Below, piece after piece: positions 18,012 through 28,044 of a stretch of DNA of 35,360 nucleotides. How positions within the stretch are numbered: the first letter of the stretch is position 1; every line of letters begins with the position of its first letter. The notes under the pieces are model-generated. The model saw only the letters and a list, made by a program, of their open reading frames with translations. It had not been told where the DNA came from and did no database searches. A program made the position numbers and the translations under genes. This DNA comes from Candidatus Woesearchaeota archaeon (lineage in GTDB: Archaea > Nanobdellota > Nanobdellia > Woesearchaeales > ARS49). The DNA lies in contig WJKI01000057.1 of assembly GCA_014729195.1 (NCBI GenBank), positions 1-35,360 of the forward strand, read 5' to 3'.

Positions 18012-19397
18012 TTATTCTTCGTCCAAAGGTCTTCTGAACAACACAATCAGCAACACTATAACAATAACTGCCAATAGCACGCTGATACCGGCCAACAACC
18101 AGATATATGCTGGACTGTCCTTAAATGAGGAAGCACTAGCACTTCTAACTCTTGCACTTGTTGCGCCAGTAGTTGTAACACTTGTATCAGAGGTTGTCAC
18201 AGTAGTAGTTGAATCATCATCAGATGAATCATCTGTTGTTTCAGCTGTTTTTTCACACTCTTCAACAACAAAATCAAACCTTTGAGTATTGCTTAAGGCT
18301 GTTGTGTCAAAAAATGTTTTCAGTTCAAGCGAATAAACTCTTGATTCAGTGTCTTTAGGTATTGTGAAACTAAAGGTCATTCTTTCAGAGTCATCCTCGT
18401 CCAATTCAGTGGTTTTTTTCTGCTCTAACTCCAAATCTGGAATTATTGCCTTGACAACAACTTCTTCTTCGTCTCTTTTACCAATGTTAAGAACGGTTGC
18501 ATCAACATTAAGTCTAGTATCACTGCAAGCACTCATCTGAACCGGCGTTATTGAAGCGGACTTAATCTTCAAATCATGCTTCAATCTGTCAACTTCCAAA
18601 TCAATTTCCCACATTTCCCCGTGGTAAGCATTGTTTTCGTCAATTCCGTAAACACGGATTTCAACAGGATAATTTCCATCTTCAAGATCTTCTTCAAGCT
18701 CAAAATCAAATGTGATTTCATCCTTATCATCTGCACTTAAATCAAGATCATCATCTTCATCCAGGTCCAAATCACTATCCATGCTTTCCACTTCGATATA
18801 TACCGGATCAAATTCAATATCTCCGATTTTCTGGTCATTCCGATCATCATCATTAAACGTATTTTCAAATTCAACAGTTATATAACAGTCCATATCAGGA
18901 GAAAGTTCTTCAAATTCCTCTCCATCATCAAGTCTTTCTGAATTATCATTACATACAACATTAACTTCATCTATTTCCAGTTGGTTAACTGCCTGCATGT
19001 TGAGATCTGCGATAATTTCAGTAGAACCAGATGCTGCTTTTATTGTTCCTATCTTGAAGGGGGTTTCATCAAGGAAATCTGAAGCGCCGGAGTTTTTAAC
19101 AACAGCATCAAAATTAACAGGAATGTCTCCTTTAACTGTGACTGTCTGTGTGGCTCCTGCAGCCAGATTAAATGTAGTAGGTTCAAATCGTATATTATAT
19201 GTAGAATCACCTGCAAAAGACATCACTACGTTTGTCAGATTAGTAGTTCCGTCATTTGTGACTGTGACAGTTGTGGACACGTCTTTAATACGGTCCTGGT
19301 CTGCGTTACCAATAGTTGCAGAACTTAGCTGCAATGCACTTGCTCCTGTTGCGAACAACACAACAAAAACCATTAACATCAATAAAATCTTTTTCAT
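18012..19397 (-). CDS. Putative S-layer/surface glycoprotein with CARDB/Ig-like domains
   Basis: Signal peptide; very acidic; V.N.G..DEEEV CARDB-like motif; Thr/Ser linker; C-terminal TM; GGGGAG SD. Confidence 0.8.
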   Translation of the reverse strand: MKKILLMLMVFVVLFATGASALQLSSATIGNADQDRIKDVSTTVTVTNDGTTNLTNVVMSFAGDSTYNIRFEPTTFNLAAGATQTVTVKGDIPVNFDAVVKNSGASDFLDETPFKIGTIKAASGSTEIIADLNMQAVNQLEIDEVNVVCNDNSERLDDGEEFEELSPDMDCYITVEFENTFNDDDRNDQKIGDIEFDPVYIEVESMDSDLDLDEDDDLDLSADDKDEITFDFELEEDLEDGNYPVEIRVYGIDENNAYHGEMWEIDLEVDRLKHDLKIKSASITPVQMSACSDTRLNVDATVLNIGKRDEEEVVVKAIIPDLELEQKKTTELDEDDSERMTFSFTIPKDTESRVYSLELKTFFDTTALSNTQRFDFVVEECEKTAETTDDSSDDDSTTTVTTSDTSVTTTGATSARVRSASASSFKDSPAYIWLLAGISVLLAVIVIVLLIVLFRRPLDEE

Positions 19398-19523
19398 GTT
19401 AAATCTCCCCCCAATATCTTTGTTATTAGTCTAGAGTAGTTACTTATTATTTAAAGGTTTTGGTTTTAGTTATATTACAATCTATATGTTATAGAATATA
19501 AAAGAAAAAGGTAAAAAATAAAA

Positions 19524-19901
19524 TTACTGCTGTTTTCCAGCCAATAAAATAACAGCTACCAAAGCAATTGCTGCAACAACCATAACAATACCTGTTGACA
19601 AGGGAGGCATTGAAAGAACAGAACTACCTACTCCAGCTGCGACACCACCAGTAATGGTTCTATAACCATAGTATATTAGTAAGATTGCCAAAACTATTAC
19701 TATTAACGCAGCTATTATAGCAAAATTATTTCTCTTAACAGGCTTTCTTTGAACTGCAGATAAATTAACTGTTGCAGGAGTATAGGCTCTAACAGGCCTT
19801 GCTTTTCTGGAAACTCTCTTAACAGGCTTTGGCTTAGTAGGTCTTTTTCTTCTTCTTTTAGGAGCCTTTTTTTTAGCTTTCTTCCTTTTTTTCTTAGCCA
19901 T
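19524..19901 (-). CDS. Membrane protein with very basic N-terminal tail and two TM helices
   Basis: MAKKKRKKAKKKAPKRRRKR...; two hydrophobic segments; GGGTGA SD. Confidence 0.75.
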   Translation of the reverse strand: MAKKKRKKAKKKAPKRRRKRPTKPKPVKRVSRKARPVRAYTPATVNLSAVQRKPVKRNNFAIIAALIVIVLAILLIYYGYRTITGGVAAGVGSSVLSMPPLSTGIVMVVAAIALVAVILLAGKQQ

Positions 19902-19953
19902 AAAATATCACCCTAGTCAATACTCTAGTACATCGCATATATAAACTTTACTA

Positions 19954-20334
19954 TTATCCCTGAACATCTTCTGCAACTTCTATGATGTCTTCTACTTCTT
20001 TAACATCCTGTTTAATTTCATTAATTTTCTTTTTCACTTTTTCAAATGTCTTATCATCTTTCCCACATTCTTTAATATCCTTTTTCAACTCTTCCTTGAC
20101 TTCTTCAAGTCCTTTCTTGATTTCTTTTAACTTTTCTTTTTCCTTTTTTTCCTTTTGTTCAAGCCCTTTAATTTCTTCTTCCATCAAATCACCTATTGGT
20201 TTTGTTTCATTTTCAACAGAATTCTCAATAATTTCCCTGGCTCTCTGAGTTGCTTCTTCAATAGAACAAGCAATATGCATGTTCTTCAGCTGCAAAGCCA
20301 GCTTAGACACCCTTGCCTCTTTTGAGTTAGTCAT
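19954..20334 (-). CDS. Hypothetical coiled-coil protein
   Basis: Charged heptad-like sequence; start at ATG 20334 (MTNSKEARV). Confidence 0.7.
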   Translation of the reverse strand: MTNSKEARVSKLALQLKNMHIACSIEEATQRAREIIENSVENETKPIGDLMEEEIKGLEQKEKKEKEKLKEIKKGLEEVKEELKKDIKECGKDDKTFEKVKKKINEIKQDVKEVEDIIEVAEDVQG

Positions 20335-20360
20335 TAGGCAAAGAGAATACAAGCAATATA

Positions 20361-21140
20361 TTAATTTTTTGAATGCTTCTGGGACTTAAAGAAATGGAGC
20401 AAAACAACAAACGCCAAGGACAAAATCAACCAGGCAACAAGAGGTATAAGATAAATATGCAAATTCCAAAAAGAAACCAAAGGAACCATCCATTTGGAAT
20501 AAACCGCAGAAGAAACAGTCTCAACACTGATTATTATAGTAGAAGAATAACAGGTTGCAAGAACACATTTTCTCCAAGGCTGACTAAACCTTGTCAAATC
20601 CGCCATAAGAAAAACAATCGTTCCCACCAAAAAAGCAAACAAAAAATATTTCAACCAAATACCTGCAAAAGTATAGAATATAACAGACGGAGCAATGAAT
20701 AACAGTATGTATAATAATAACTTACTTACCACCGGCTTGTCCAGATTCTTAATCTGGGACAAAGGAACCTCTTTTCTTCCTGCAAAAAATTTATAATATA
20801 ATGAATCCCTTGTTATAGTCACTTTTTCTCTTCCTGGATTTACTTCATTACCAGTAGCATCAATAATTATTAACGGCTCTTTCTCGGGAATCTGAATAGC
20901 ACTGGACTGCAAAACAGTACCCTTTGCCTCAAACTGCTCAAATTTTGTTAATTCATCCTGAATATCAGATTTCAACGAAACCAAGGAAGGAATCAACAAA
21001 ATTACCATGACTAAATAAGCAATAACCAGAATTTTAGTATAATATTTAATTCCCTTAGAAATCGGTGCATCAACCAAAGTATCATACCATTTAGGATTAA
21101 ACGTCCTTGCAATATCCTTTGTAAAATCTTCCAAAAACAT
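20361..21140 (-). CDS. DUF1189-like integral membrane protein
   Basis: N-terminal FNPKWY + TM, soluble loop, C-terminal TM bundle. Confidence 0.6.
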   Translation of the reverse strand: MFLEDFTKDIARTFNPKWYDTLVDAPISKGIKYYTKILVIAYLVMVILLIPSLVSLKSDIQDELTKFEQFEAKGTVLQSSAIQIPEKEPLIIIDATGNEVNPGREKVTITRDSLYYKFFAGRKEVPLSQIKNLDKPVVSKLLLYILLFIAPSVIFYTFAGIWLKYFLFAFLVGTIVFLMADLTRFSQPWRKCVLATCYSSTIIISVETVSSAVYSKWMVPLVSFWNLHIYLIPLVAWLILSLAFVVLLHFFKSQKHSKN

Positions 21141-21216
21141 GTTTATATAATATAATTGAACTAATATATAAATATTTAGTGAAATTTTTTAAAGAAACCA
21201 CACTTTCCAAACCAAA

Positions 21217-21693
21217 ATGATAGACCAAATAATAAACTCACTAAAAAGGCCAATAAAAAAACACAAGGCAAAATACAGGGGGAACAGTTATTTTCATCCA
21301 CTCTTTTCGATGATGCCCTATGAATTAGGAAACACACGCGGAGTAATGATACAAACCAAAAGAGAAGATTTTCTTGAAATAAACCTATCCTCAGATCCAG
21401 ATGGAGAAGAAAACCTGCTCGAACTGGCTATTGCGAACACAGATAATATATCTTTGCAAAATGAACTGGAACAATACAAATCAAAATCAAAAAAATACAC
21501 AAAAGTTATCGAAAAAATCCTGGATTACCTGCGCCACAGAATGGATTTTGGAACAGACCCTGCAAAAGCAGAAGTAATAATACCCTATTCAAAACAAGAG
21601 CAAAAATACGTGATAAGAATAATCAATTCATTAATCACTCACAAAAACAAATCAAATCAAAAGCATCGACGTCCAAAAAACGAACATTACTGA
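21217..21693 (+). CDS. Hypothetical protein (158 aa)
   Basis: ORF with TATA upstream; 3' end overlaps the convergent methyltransferase by ~59 nt. Confidence 0.6.
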   Translation: MIDQIINSLKRPIKKHKAKYRGNSYFHPLFSMMPYELGNTRGVMIQTKREDFLEINLSSDPDGEENLLELAIANTDNISLQNELEQYKSKSKKYTKVIEKILDYLRHRMDFGTDPAKAEVIIPYSKQEQKYVIRIINSLITHKNKSNQKHRRPKNEHY

Positions 21694-22111
21694 ATAACTG
21701 CGAAATCAATATTAAAATCTTATCCTTATTCCCAGACTTCTTCAGAACAGTCAAGGCAAAAATATTTTTTCCAACTCTTCTGATTTCTTTCAAACCTTTT
21801 TCAATATCATTAAAATTGTGTATTGACGTAACTGCAATAACTACATCAAATTCATTATCGCTAAAAGGCAACTTTTCTGCACATGCTTTAACTGTCTTAA
21901 AAGGACAATTAGCCAACAATTTTTCAGCAGGATCAACACCAGTTATATTACAATCGAAAACCCTTGCAGACAAGCCGGTGCCGCATCCAATATCCAACAA
22001 TTTTGTGTCTTTATTTATCTGCAGATACTGCGCAATTATTTTTAATTTAGCAAGCTGTTCACTGCCGTGTAATTCATCATATCCTTCTGCAATATCGTCG
22101 TAATAAGACAT
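21635..22111 (-). CDS. Class I SAM-dependent methyltransferase (Methyltransf_11-like)
   Basis: LLDIGCGTG, GVDP, AEKLPFSDNEFDVV, GLKEIRRV; start trimmed to MSYYDDIA. Confidence 0.9.
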   Translation of the reverse strand: MSYYDDIAEGYDELHGSEQLAKLKIIAQYLQINKDTKLLDIGCGTGLSARVFDCNITGVDPAEKLLANCPFKTVKACAEKLPFSDNEFDVVIAVTSIHNFNDIEKGLKEIRRVGKNIFALTVLKKSGNKDKILILISQLFSNVRFLDVDAFDLICFCE

Positions 22112-22145
22112 AAGCTTTATTAAGCCCCAGAACTTTATATTAGTT
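22112..22145. promoter_or_regulatory. 34-bp interleaved divergent promoter pair
   Basis: TTTATTAA (+) and AATATAAA (-) each about 23-25 nt from opposite ATGs. Confidence 0.55.
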
Positions 22146-22922
22146 ATGGAAGTCACAGAAAAACTCCACGAATTATTCAGAAAAAATAACATCAAACTAG
22201 TTGAATCAGGAGACCACGCCATCTTTTCTGTACTTAAATATCTTCAATCAAAAAACAAATCAAAAGTGCTTATACAAGACCAAGGAGGATGGCTGACCTA
22301 TAGAGATTACCCTAAAAAATGTGACATGCAGATAATTGAATTAAAGACCGATTATGGATTAATAGACTTAGACGACCTGCGTATGAAGGCAGACGCCAAT
22401 TCAGTCCTGCTTGTAAATTCCCTAAACGGATATTTTGCAGAACAAAACATGAAAGAAATTCAGCAAATATGCGCTGATAAGAATTGTCAACTCATCAATG
22501 ACGCATCAGGCTCGGTTGGAACAGAAAACGCAGTTTTTGGAGACATAATAATCTGCAGTTTTGGAAAAGACAAACCGATAAATTTACATTACGGAGGATG
22601 CATAGCATTTAACACCGGAACATTCTCCGGAGAATTTGATGAAAAGAAAACAGACAAATTAAGCAAAGAACTGGACGCACTGTTTTTCAGGCTGCAAAAA
22701 TGGGAAGAAACCCATCACAAAATCAAAAAAGATCTCAAGGATTTTGAAATAATTCATCCTGAATCACGGGGAATAAATGTAATTGTCAAATTTAAAGACG
22801 ATGAAGAAAAAAATAAAATAATCAAATACTGTGATGCGAATAAATACCCATATACTTTATGTCCAAGATACATCCGTGTTAAAGAGAAAGCAGTTTCTAT
22901 TGAGGTCAAAAGAATCAATTAA
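22146..22922 (+). CDS. Fold-type I PLP-dependent transferase (DegT/DnrJ/StrS-like, short)
   Basis: INDASGSVG (PLP Asp); CSFGKDKPINLHYGG (Schiff-base Lys). Confidence 0.75.
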   Translation: MEVTEKLHELFRKNNIKLVESGDHAIFSVLKYLQSKNKSKVLIQDQGGWLTYRDYPKKCDMQIIELKTDYGLIDLDDLRMKADANSVLLVNSLNGYFAEQNMKEIQQICADKNCQLINDASGSVGTENAVFGDIIICSFGKDKPINLHYGGCIAFNTGTFSGEFDEKKTDKLSKELDALFFRLQKWEETHHKIKKDLKDFEIIHPESRGINVIVKFKDDEEKNKIIKYCDANKYPYTLCPRYIRVKEKAVSIEVKRIN

Positions 22923-22974
22923 CAAAAAATTTAAAAACAAAAACAATTACTTGTTTTAGTGAGGTGAAGTTCGT

Positions 22975-23394
22975 ATGGTTTTAAAGATGCCCAATTCAAT
23001 GGAAGAATGTGTTTATTTTACCCGGCGCAAATTAGAGGACAAAGGATTTGCAATCGCCTGGGTCTACAGGGAAAAATGCCCCAAATGCAAAAAAGGATTA
23101 ATGGGAAAACCCAGAGATGAAAAAACAGGCAAAGTCAAGATTCTTGCCAAAGAATACGTATGCCCTGAATGCGGATACACAATGGAAAAAGGGGAATACG
23201 AAGACACTTTAACTGCAGATATCCAATATACCTGTCCTCACTGCGAATACAAAGGAGAACACCAGATGAGCTTTAAAAGAAAAAAAGTAAAGGTATTTGA
23301 CAAAGAAGAACAAAAAAAGAAATCAGTGGATGCACTCAAGTTCAAATGCGGAAAATGCGGAGAAGACATATTGATTACCAAGAAGATGAAATGA
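22975..23394 (+). CDS. Multi-zinc-ribbon protein (four CxxC pairs)
   Basis: CPKC, CPEC, CPHC, CGKC; GAGGTGA SD. Confidence 0.8.
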   Translation: MVLKMPNSMEECVYFTRRKLEDKGFAIAWVYREKCPKCKKGLMGKPRDEKTGKVKILAKEYVCPECGYTMEKGEYEDTLTADIQYTCPHCEYKGEHQMSFKRKKVKVFDKEEQKKKSVDALKFKCGKCGEDILITKKMK

Positions 23395-23433
23395 TAGGCA
23401 ACATTTAAATACAGTTGCCTTTTAATTCTTACT

Positions 23434-25410
23434 ATGACCAAAAAGAAATTTTACATAACCACAGCAATATTTTATCCTAATGCAAAACCGCATGTAGGAC
23501 ACTTGTACGAACAAGTAGTAGCTGATGCTATTGCGCGATGGCACAGACTAAAAGGAGAAGACGTATTCTTTCTTACAGGAACAGACGAGCACGGCCAGAA
23601 AATATACAAGACAGCAATAGAGCAAGGAAAAAAACCAAAAGTATTCGTAGACGAAATGCTCCCATTTTTCAAGGAACTCTGCACAAAACTAAATATCTCC
23701 CACACCCGTTTTATCAGGACAACAGAAGAAGGACATATCAAAACATGCCAGGAAATATTCAAAAAACTGGAAAAGTCAGGAGACATATATAAGGGAAGCT
23801 ATGAAGGACTTTATTGTTACGGATGTGAGGCATACTACACTGAAAAGGAACTGATAGAAGGTTTATGCCCGGTGCATAAAAGAAAACCAGAAGCATTCAA
23901 AGAGGAAACATATTTCTTTAAAATGTCAAGATATCAAACAAAATTAATAGACCACATCAAAAAAAATCCAGAATTCATACAACCAGAGTCTAAAAGAAAT
24001 GAAATATTAAACAGATTAAAAGAACCCTTAAGGGACTTATGCATTTCCAGACCATCAAAATCACTTCCGTGGGGAGTTCCTGTTCCCGGAGATCCAGATC
24101 AGATATTATATGTTTGGCTGGATGCGTTACTGAATTATATTTCCGGTATAGACTACCCCTCTGAAACATTCAAAAAATACTGGCCAGCAGATGTGCACAT
24201 AATCGGCAAAGACATAAATTGGTTTCATACAGTAATATGGCCCTGCGAGCTAATGTCTGCAGGAATAGAACTGCCAAAAACAGTGCAAATCCACGGATTT
24301 GTAAATCTCGGAGGAGAAAAATTATCCAAGTCAAGAGGAATAACTGTTGACCCAATAAAATTAGTAGAAGAATACGGAGTTGACCAAGTAAGATATTTCT
24401 TTATCAAAGAAATACCTGCAGGAGAAGACGGAAATTTCTCGTACGAAGCATTAACAGAAAGAACAAACTCTGACTTGGCAGACGACCTTGGAAATTTATT
24501 ACAACGAACAATGGTTTTGATTCACAAAAACTTTGCAGGAAAAATACCCTCCCCCTCAGAACTCACATCTACAGAAGAAGAACTAATAAAAGAATCAGAC
24601 ATTTTCAAAGAAACAGATTCACTAATGCAAAAATACGAATGGCACAGGGCAATAAACAAAATATGGGGATTTATACGAATGTGCAACAAATACATCAATG
24701 AAACAGAACCATGGAGATGCAAGGATGACAAAAAAAGATTAGCAACAATACTATACACACTTGCAGAAAGCCTGAGAATCATCTCAATTTATATACGGCC
24801 GTTTATTCCAGCAACTGCAGAAAAAATAACAGAGCAAATAGGACAAAATAAAGAGGACTTTTCAAGCATAAAATTCAGAAAAACAACCAAAGGAACACTT
24901 GAAAAACCGGAAATATTATTCAAAAAAACAGAAATAAAATCAGAAGATCCCTTTTCACATTTAAGCCTGAGAGTTGCAGAAATTAAAGAAGTAAAAGAAC
25001 ACCCATCAGCAGACAAATTGTTGATACTCCAAATTGATTTAGGAAAAGAAAAAAGACAAATAGTTGCAGGACTAAAACCATACTTTGACAAAGATGAACT
25101 AACAGGGAAACATATTGTTGTGGTAACTAATCTTAAACCAACCAAACTAAAAGGCGAAGAAAGCAATGGAATGCTATTAGCTGCAGAACACAAAGACAAA
25201 GTAGTATTATTAGAAGCGCCCTGCTCAGAACCAGGAGACCTGGTAAAAGTAGAAGGGATAGAACCAGAAGGAAAACAAATAACAATCAAGAACTTTACAA
25301 AAATCAAAATCACAACCAAAGACGGAAGAGCAGTCTACAAAGACAAGCCATTAAAAACCAAAAAAGAAGAAATAGAAGCAAACATAAAAGATGGAGCACA
25401 AATATCTTAG
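23434..25410 (+). CDS. metG: Methionyl-tRNA synthetase with C-terminal tRNA-binding (Trbp111-like) domain
   Basis: YITTAIFYPN..PHVGH, TGTDEHGQKI, YVWLDAL, IGKDI..FH, KLSKS; HPSADKL...RQIVAG...SNGMLLAA. Confidence 0.97.
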   Translation: MTKKKFYITTAIFYPNAKPHVGHLYEQVVADAIARWHRLKGEDVFFLTGTDEHGQKIYKTAIEQGKKPKVFVDEMLPFFKELCTKLNISHTRFIRTTEEGHIKTCQEIFKKLEKSGDIYKGSYEGLYCYGCEAYYTEKELIEGLCPVHKRKPEAFKEETYFFKMSRYQTKLIDHIKKNPEFIQPESKRNEILNRLKEPLRDLCISRPSKSLPWGVPVPGDPDQILYVWLDALLNYISGIDYPSETFKKYWPADVHIIGKDINWFHTVIWPCELMSAGIELPKTVQIHGFVNLGGEKLSKSRGITVDPIKLVEEYGVDQVRYFFIKEIPAGEDGNFSYEALTERTNSDLADDLGNLLQRTMVLIHKNFAGKIPSPSELTSTEEELIKESDIFKETDSLMQKYEWHRAINKIWGFIRMCNKYINETEPWRCKDDKKRLATILYTLAESLRIISIYIRPFIPATAEKITEQIGQNKEDFSSIKFRKTTKGTLEKPEILFKKTEIKSEDPFSHLSLRVAEIKEVKEHPSADKLLILQIDLGKEKRQIVAGLKPYFDKDELTGKHIVVVTNLKPTKLKGEESNGMLLAAEHKDKVVLLEAPCSEPGDLVKVEGIEPEGKQITIKNFTKIKITTKDGRAVYKDKPLKTKKEEIEANIKDGAQIS

Positions 25411-25981
25411 ACTTCTCGGAATTGTTCTTGTTGTTGTTTCTGTTTACTTGTTAAGTTTTTCAATGGTTGTGTTTCATTATCCTATTTATGAGAAATTTAT
25501 TTTACAATACAGCGCAGACAAGACAACAGCAGAACTGCAAACAAAAAACATTATTTCATATTTTCAAGGCAAAGAAGAACTTCGCGGATTTACAAAACCT
25601 GAAGCAGACCATCTGAAAGATGCAAGATTTGTGATATGGCTTTTGATTCTTGTCTTAATATTTTCAATAATTGGTTTGTTCCTGATTAAAGATCAAAAAG
25701 CAATGGTTTACGGAGGATTGCTTAGTTTAATCATTCCCTTGATTTTGTATGCAATTCCATTTGAGCTGTTGTTTAACTATTTTCATTTTATTTTTTTCCC
25801 GCAGGGAAACTGGATGTTTGATACAAATTCTGTTTTGATACAAATGTATCCGATAGATTTTTTTTATGGTTTTTTCAAAGACATAATTTTAAGAGGATTT
25901 ATCTTTGGGATAGTGATAACAATAGTTTTTTCAATGAAGTTTCTAAAACACAAAATATATTTTACACTACAACAAAATTAA
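25391..25981 (+). CDS. DUF1461 / Lit (lipoprotein intramolecular transacylase)-family membrane protein
   Basis: E..HLKDAR, F..FH..FFPQGNWMFD...LI.MYP..FF motifs; four TM segments. Confidence 0.75.
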   Translation: MEHKYLRLLGIVLVVVSVYLLSFSMVVFHYPIYEKFILQYSADKTTAELQTKNIISYFQGKEELRGFTKPEADHLKDARFVIWLLILVLIFSIIGLFLIKDQKAMVYGGLLSLIIPLILYAIPFELLFNYFHFIFFPQGNWMFDTNSVLIQMYPIDFFYGFFKDIILRGFIFGIVITIVFSMKFLKHKIYFTLQQN

Positions 25982-26032
25982 TAAATAGGATTGTTATTCT
26001 AAGATGATAACAACCTTAAAGAGGGGGATATT

Positions 26033-27292
26033 ATGGATACGAGAGTCAGAAAAATAATATTGGCAAGTTTAACAGTTCTAATAGTACTAATGCTAACAGG
26101 ATGTGCATTAAAGGATTTTAAAATCAAAAGAAAAGCACAGGTAACAGACACAGAAATGGACGACATAGACAAGGCACTGGAAGAAATAGAAAAAGTATCA
26201 GAACTGATAGAACAGGAAGACGCAGACGTGCCAATAGAAGAAATGAAAGACCAAACCCCTTCTGAAGATGAAGAAATAGATGAAAGCGGACTCCCAATCA
26301 AAAAGGTAAAAGAAGGAGAACTAATAAGCTTTCCAAACCTTAAAGCAACAGACCCAGACGGAGACCCAATCACATACACTTTCAGCTCACCATTAAACCA
26401 AAGAGGAATGTGGCAGACAAAAGAAGGAGACGCAGGAAGATACAAAGTAACAATCACTGCATCAGACGGAGTAAATAAAGTATCACAAGACGTAATACTA
26501 ATTGTAAAAGCACTAAACAAACCACCAAAACTAGAACTTGCAGAAAAAGAAATAATAGTCAAAGAAGGAGAAAAAGTAATACTAACAGCAAGAGCCACAG
26601 ATCCCGACGGTGATGAAGTAGAAATCTCATACACAGGATGGATGCTGATGCCCACAAAAGTAACTGACTACAGAGATGCAGGAGAACACACAGTAATAGT
26701 AACAGCATCAGACGGAAAAGAAAAAGTACAGGAAGAAGTCAAAGTAATAGTAGAAAACGTAAACAGAGGGCCAAAAATAGAACCAATAACAGACATAGTA
26801 ATAACAGAAGGAGACAAGATAACAATAGAACCGCGAGCAACAGACCCAGACGGAGACGACCTAAGATTTGAATACTCCAAACCAGTAGATAACATGGGAA
26901 AATGGCAGACACAAGAAGGAGATGCAGGAAAATACAGAATAACAGTCACTGTAACAGACGGAGAAGCCGAGGATCAGACAAGCTTTTACCTTGTTGTTGA
27001 ATCACTAAACAAAGCACCGATAATAACAGTGCCAGCAGACGTAATTTACGTAAACGAAGGAGAAACAGTAAGCATAAACGCAGAAATAACAGACCCAGAA
27101 AACGATGAAATGACAATAACCTACACCGGATGGATGAACTCAGACACATATGTTACCGACTACGAAGACCAAGGAACACACAAAGTAATAATCAAAGCAA
27201 CAGACGGCATAAACACCGCTGAGAAAGAACTAACAGTAGTAGTAAAAGACATAAACAGAGCACCGGTATTTGAAACAGGAGCTTTTGATTAA
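26033..27292 (+). CDS. Lipoprotein with four cadherin/Ig-like repeats (duplicated two-domain unit)
   Basis: Lipobox LTGC; ATDPDGD x3 and ITDPEND; N(K/R)xP junctions; WQTxEGDAG.Y and YTGWM each occur twice. Confidence 0.85.
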   Translation: MDTRVRKIILASLTVLIVLMLTGCALKDFKIKRKAQVTDTEMDDIDKALEEIEKVSELIEQEDADVPIEEMKDQTPSEDEEIDESGLPIKKVKEGELISFPNLKATDPDGDPITYTFSSPLNQRGMWQTKEGDAGRYKVTITASDGVNKVSQDVILIVKALNKPPKLELAEKEIIVKEGEKVILTARATDPDGDEVEISYTGWMLMPTKVTDYRDAGEHTVIVTASDGKEKVQEEVKVIVENVNRGPKIEPITDIVITEGDKITIEPRATDPDGDDLRFEYSKPVDNMGKWQTQEGDAGKYRITVTVTDGEAEDQTSFYLVVESLNKAPIITVPADVIYVNEGETVSINAEITDPENDEMTITYTGWMNSDTYVTDYEDQGTHKVIIKATDGINTAEKELTVVVKDINRAPVFETGAFD

Positions 27293-27387
27293 ATTCTTTT
27301 TTTTAACTTTTTTTTCCATAGAACTCTTCTAATATATTTCTCTCTAAAAGTATCTTTTCTAAATACTTTTATTATTTTAAAATAGAA

Positions 27388-27978
27388 TCAGAGTTTTGAA
27401 AAATCAGGCAATAAATCATGAGTTCTTAAAACCGAAACAAGAACTTCCAAAGGCAAGGAAAAATCAGCATGATAATATCCTTTTACAGTAAGACCAAATG
27501 TTCCTGCAAATTTACCCCTAGGATTTAACGCACCAGCATTACTAAACGGCTCTCCAGAAGCAATATAATTATCAACATCTACCTCTCTAAAACCACTAAA
27601 AATATAATTGGCGTGAAATGTCCGGGCAAACGATTCCTCAGGAGAAATAACACAAACGCCGGTATATTGATTATCAGGATATTTTTCAAGCATCATAATC
27701 ATTTCTTTAGCTTCTTCTTTTGTCCTGGGCTTGCCAAGAATTTTTCCATTACGAACACTAACAGTATCACAACCAACAACAATATAATCCCCTGATAAAT
27801 CAGCAGCAACGGTCTCAGCCTTTGTCTTTGCAAGAATTTCAACCAAGTCCAAAGGATCACTATGCTGCTCTATTATTTTGGCTTCATCGATATCTGCAGG
27901 AGCAATAATAAAAGGAATACCCAGTTCCCTTAATAACTCCGCTCTTGCAGAAGACCTAGAAGCAAGATATAATCTCAT
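27388..27978 (-). CDS. maf: Maf-family nucleoside triphosphate pyrophosphatase
   Basis: LYLASRSSARAELL, DIDE, LAKTKA, GCDT, ILGKP, AGA. Confidence 0.9.
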   Translation of the reverse strand: MRLYLASRSSARAELLRELGIPFIIAPADIDEAKIIEQHSDPLDLVEILAKTKAETVAADLSGDYIVVGCDTVSVRNGKILGKPRTKEEAKEMIMMLEKYPDNQYTGVCVISPEESFARTFHANYIFSGFREVDVDNYIASGEPFSNAGALNPRGKFAGTFGLTVKGYYHADFSLPLEVLVSVLRTHDLLPDFSKL

Positions 27979-28044
27979 ATTCAGAATAAATAAAGAAGTG
28001 TTTAAATGCTTTTATTAAGTGCAGAATATATTTCCTGAATAAAA

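Noticed and set aside
26340-26940. Nucleotide repeats such as GCAACAGACCCAGACGGAGAC as DGR template/variable repeats
   Set aside because: Explained by in-frame duplication of Ig-like domains; no reverse transcriptase and no adenine-specific mismatch pattern evident
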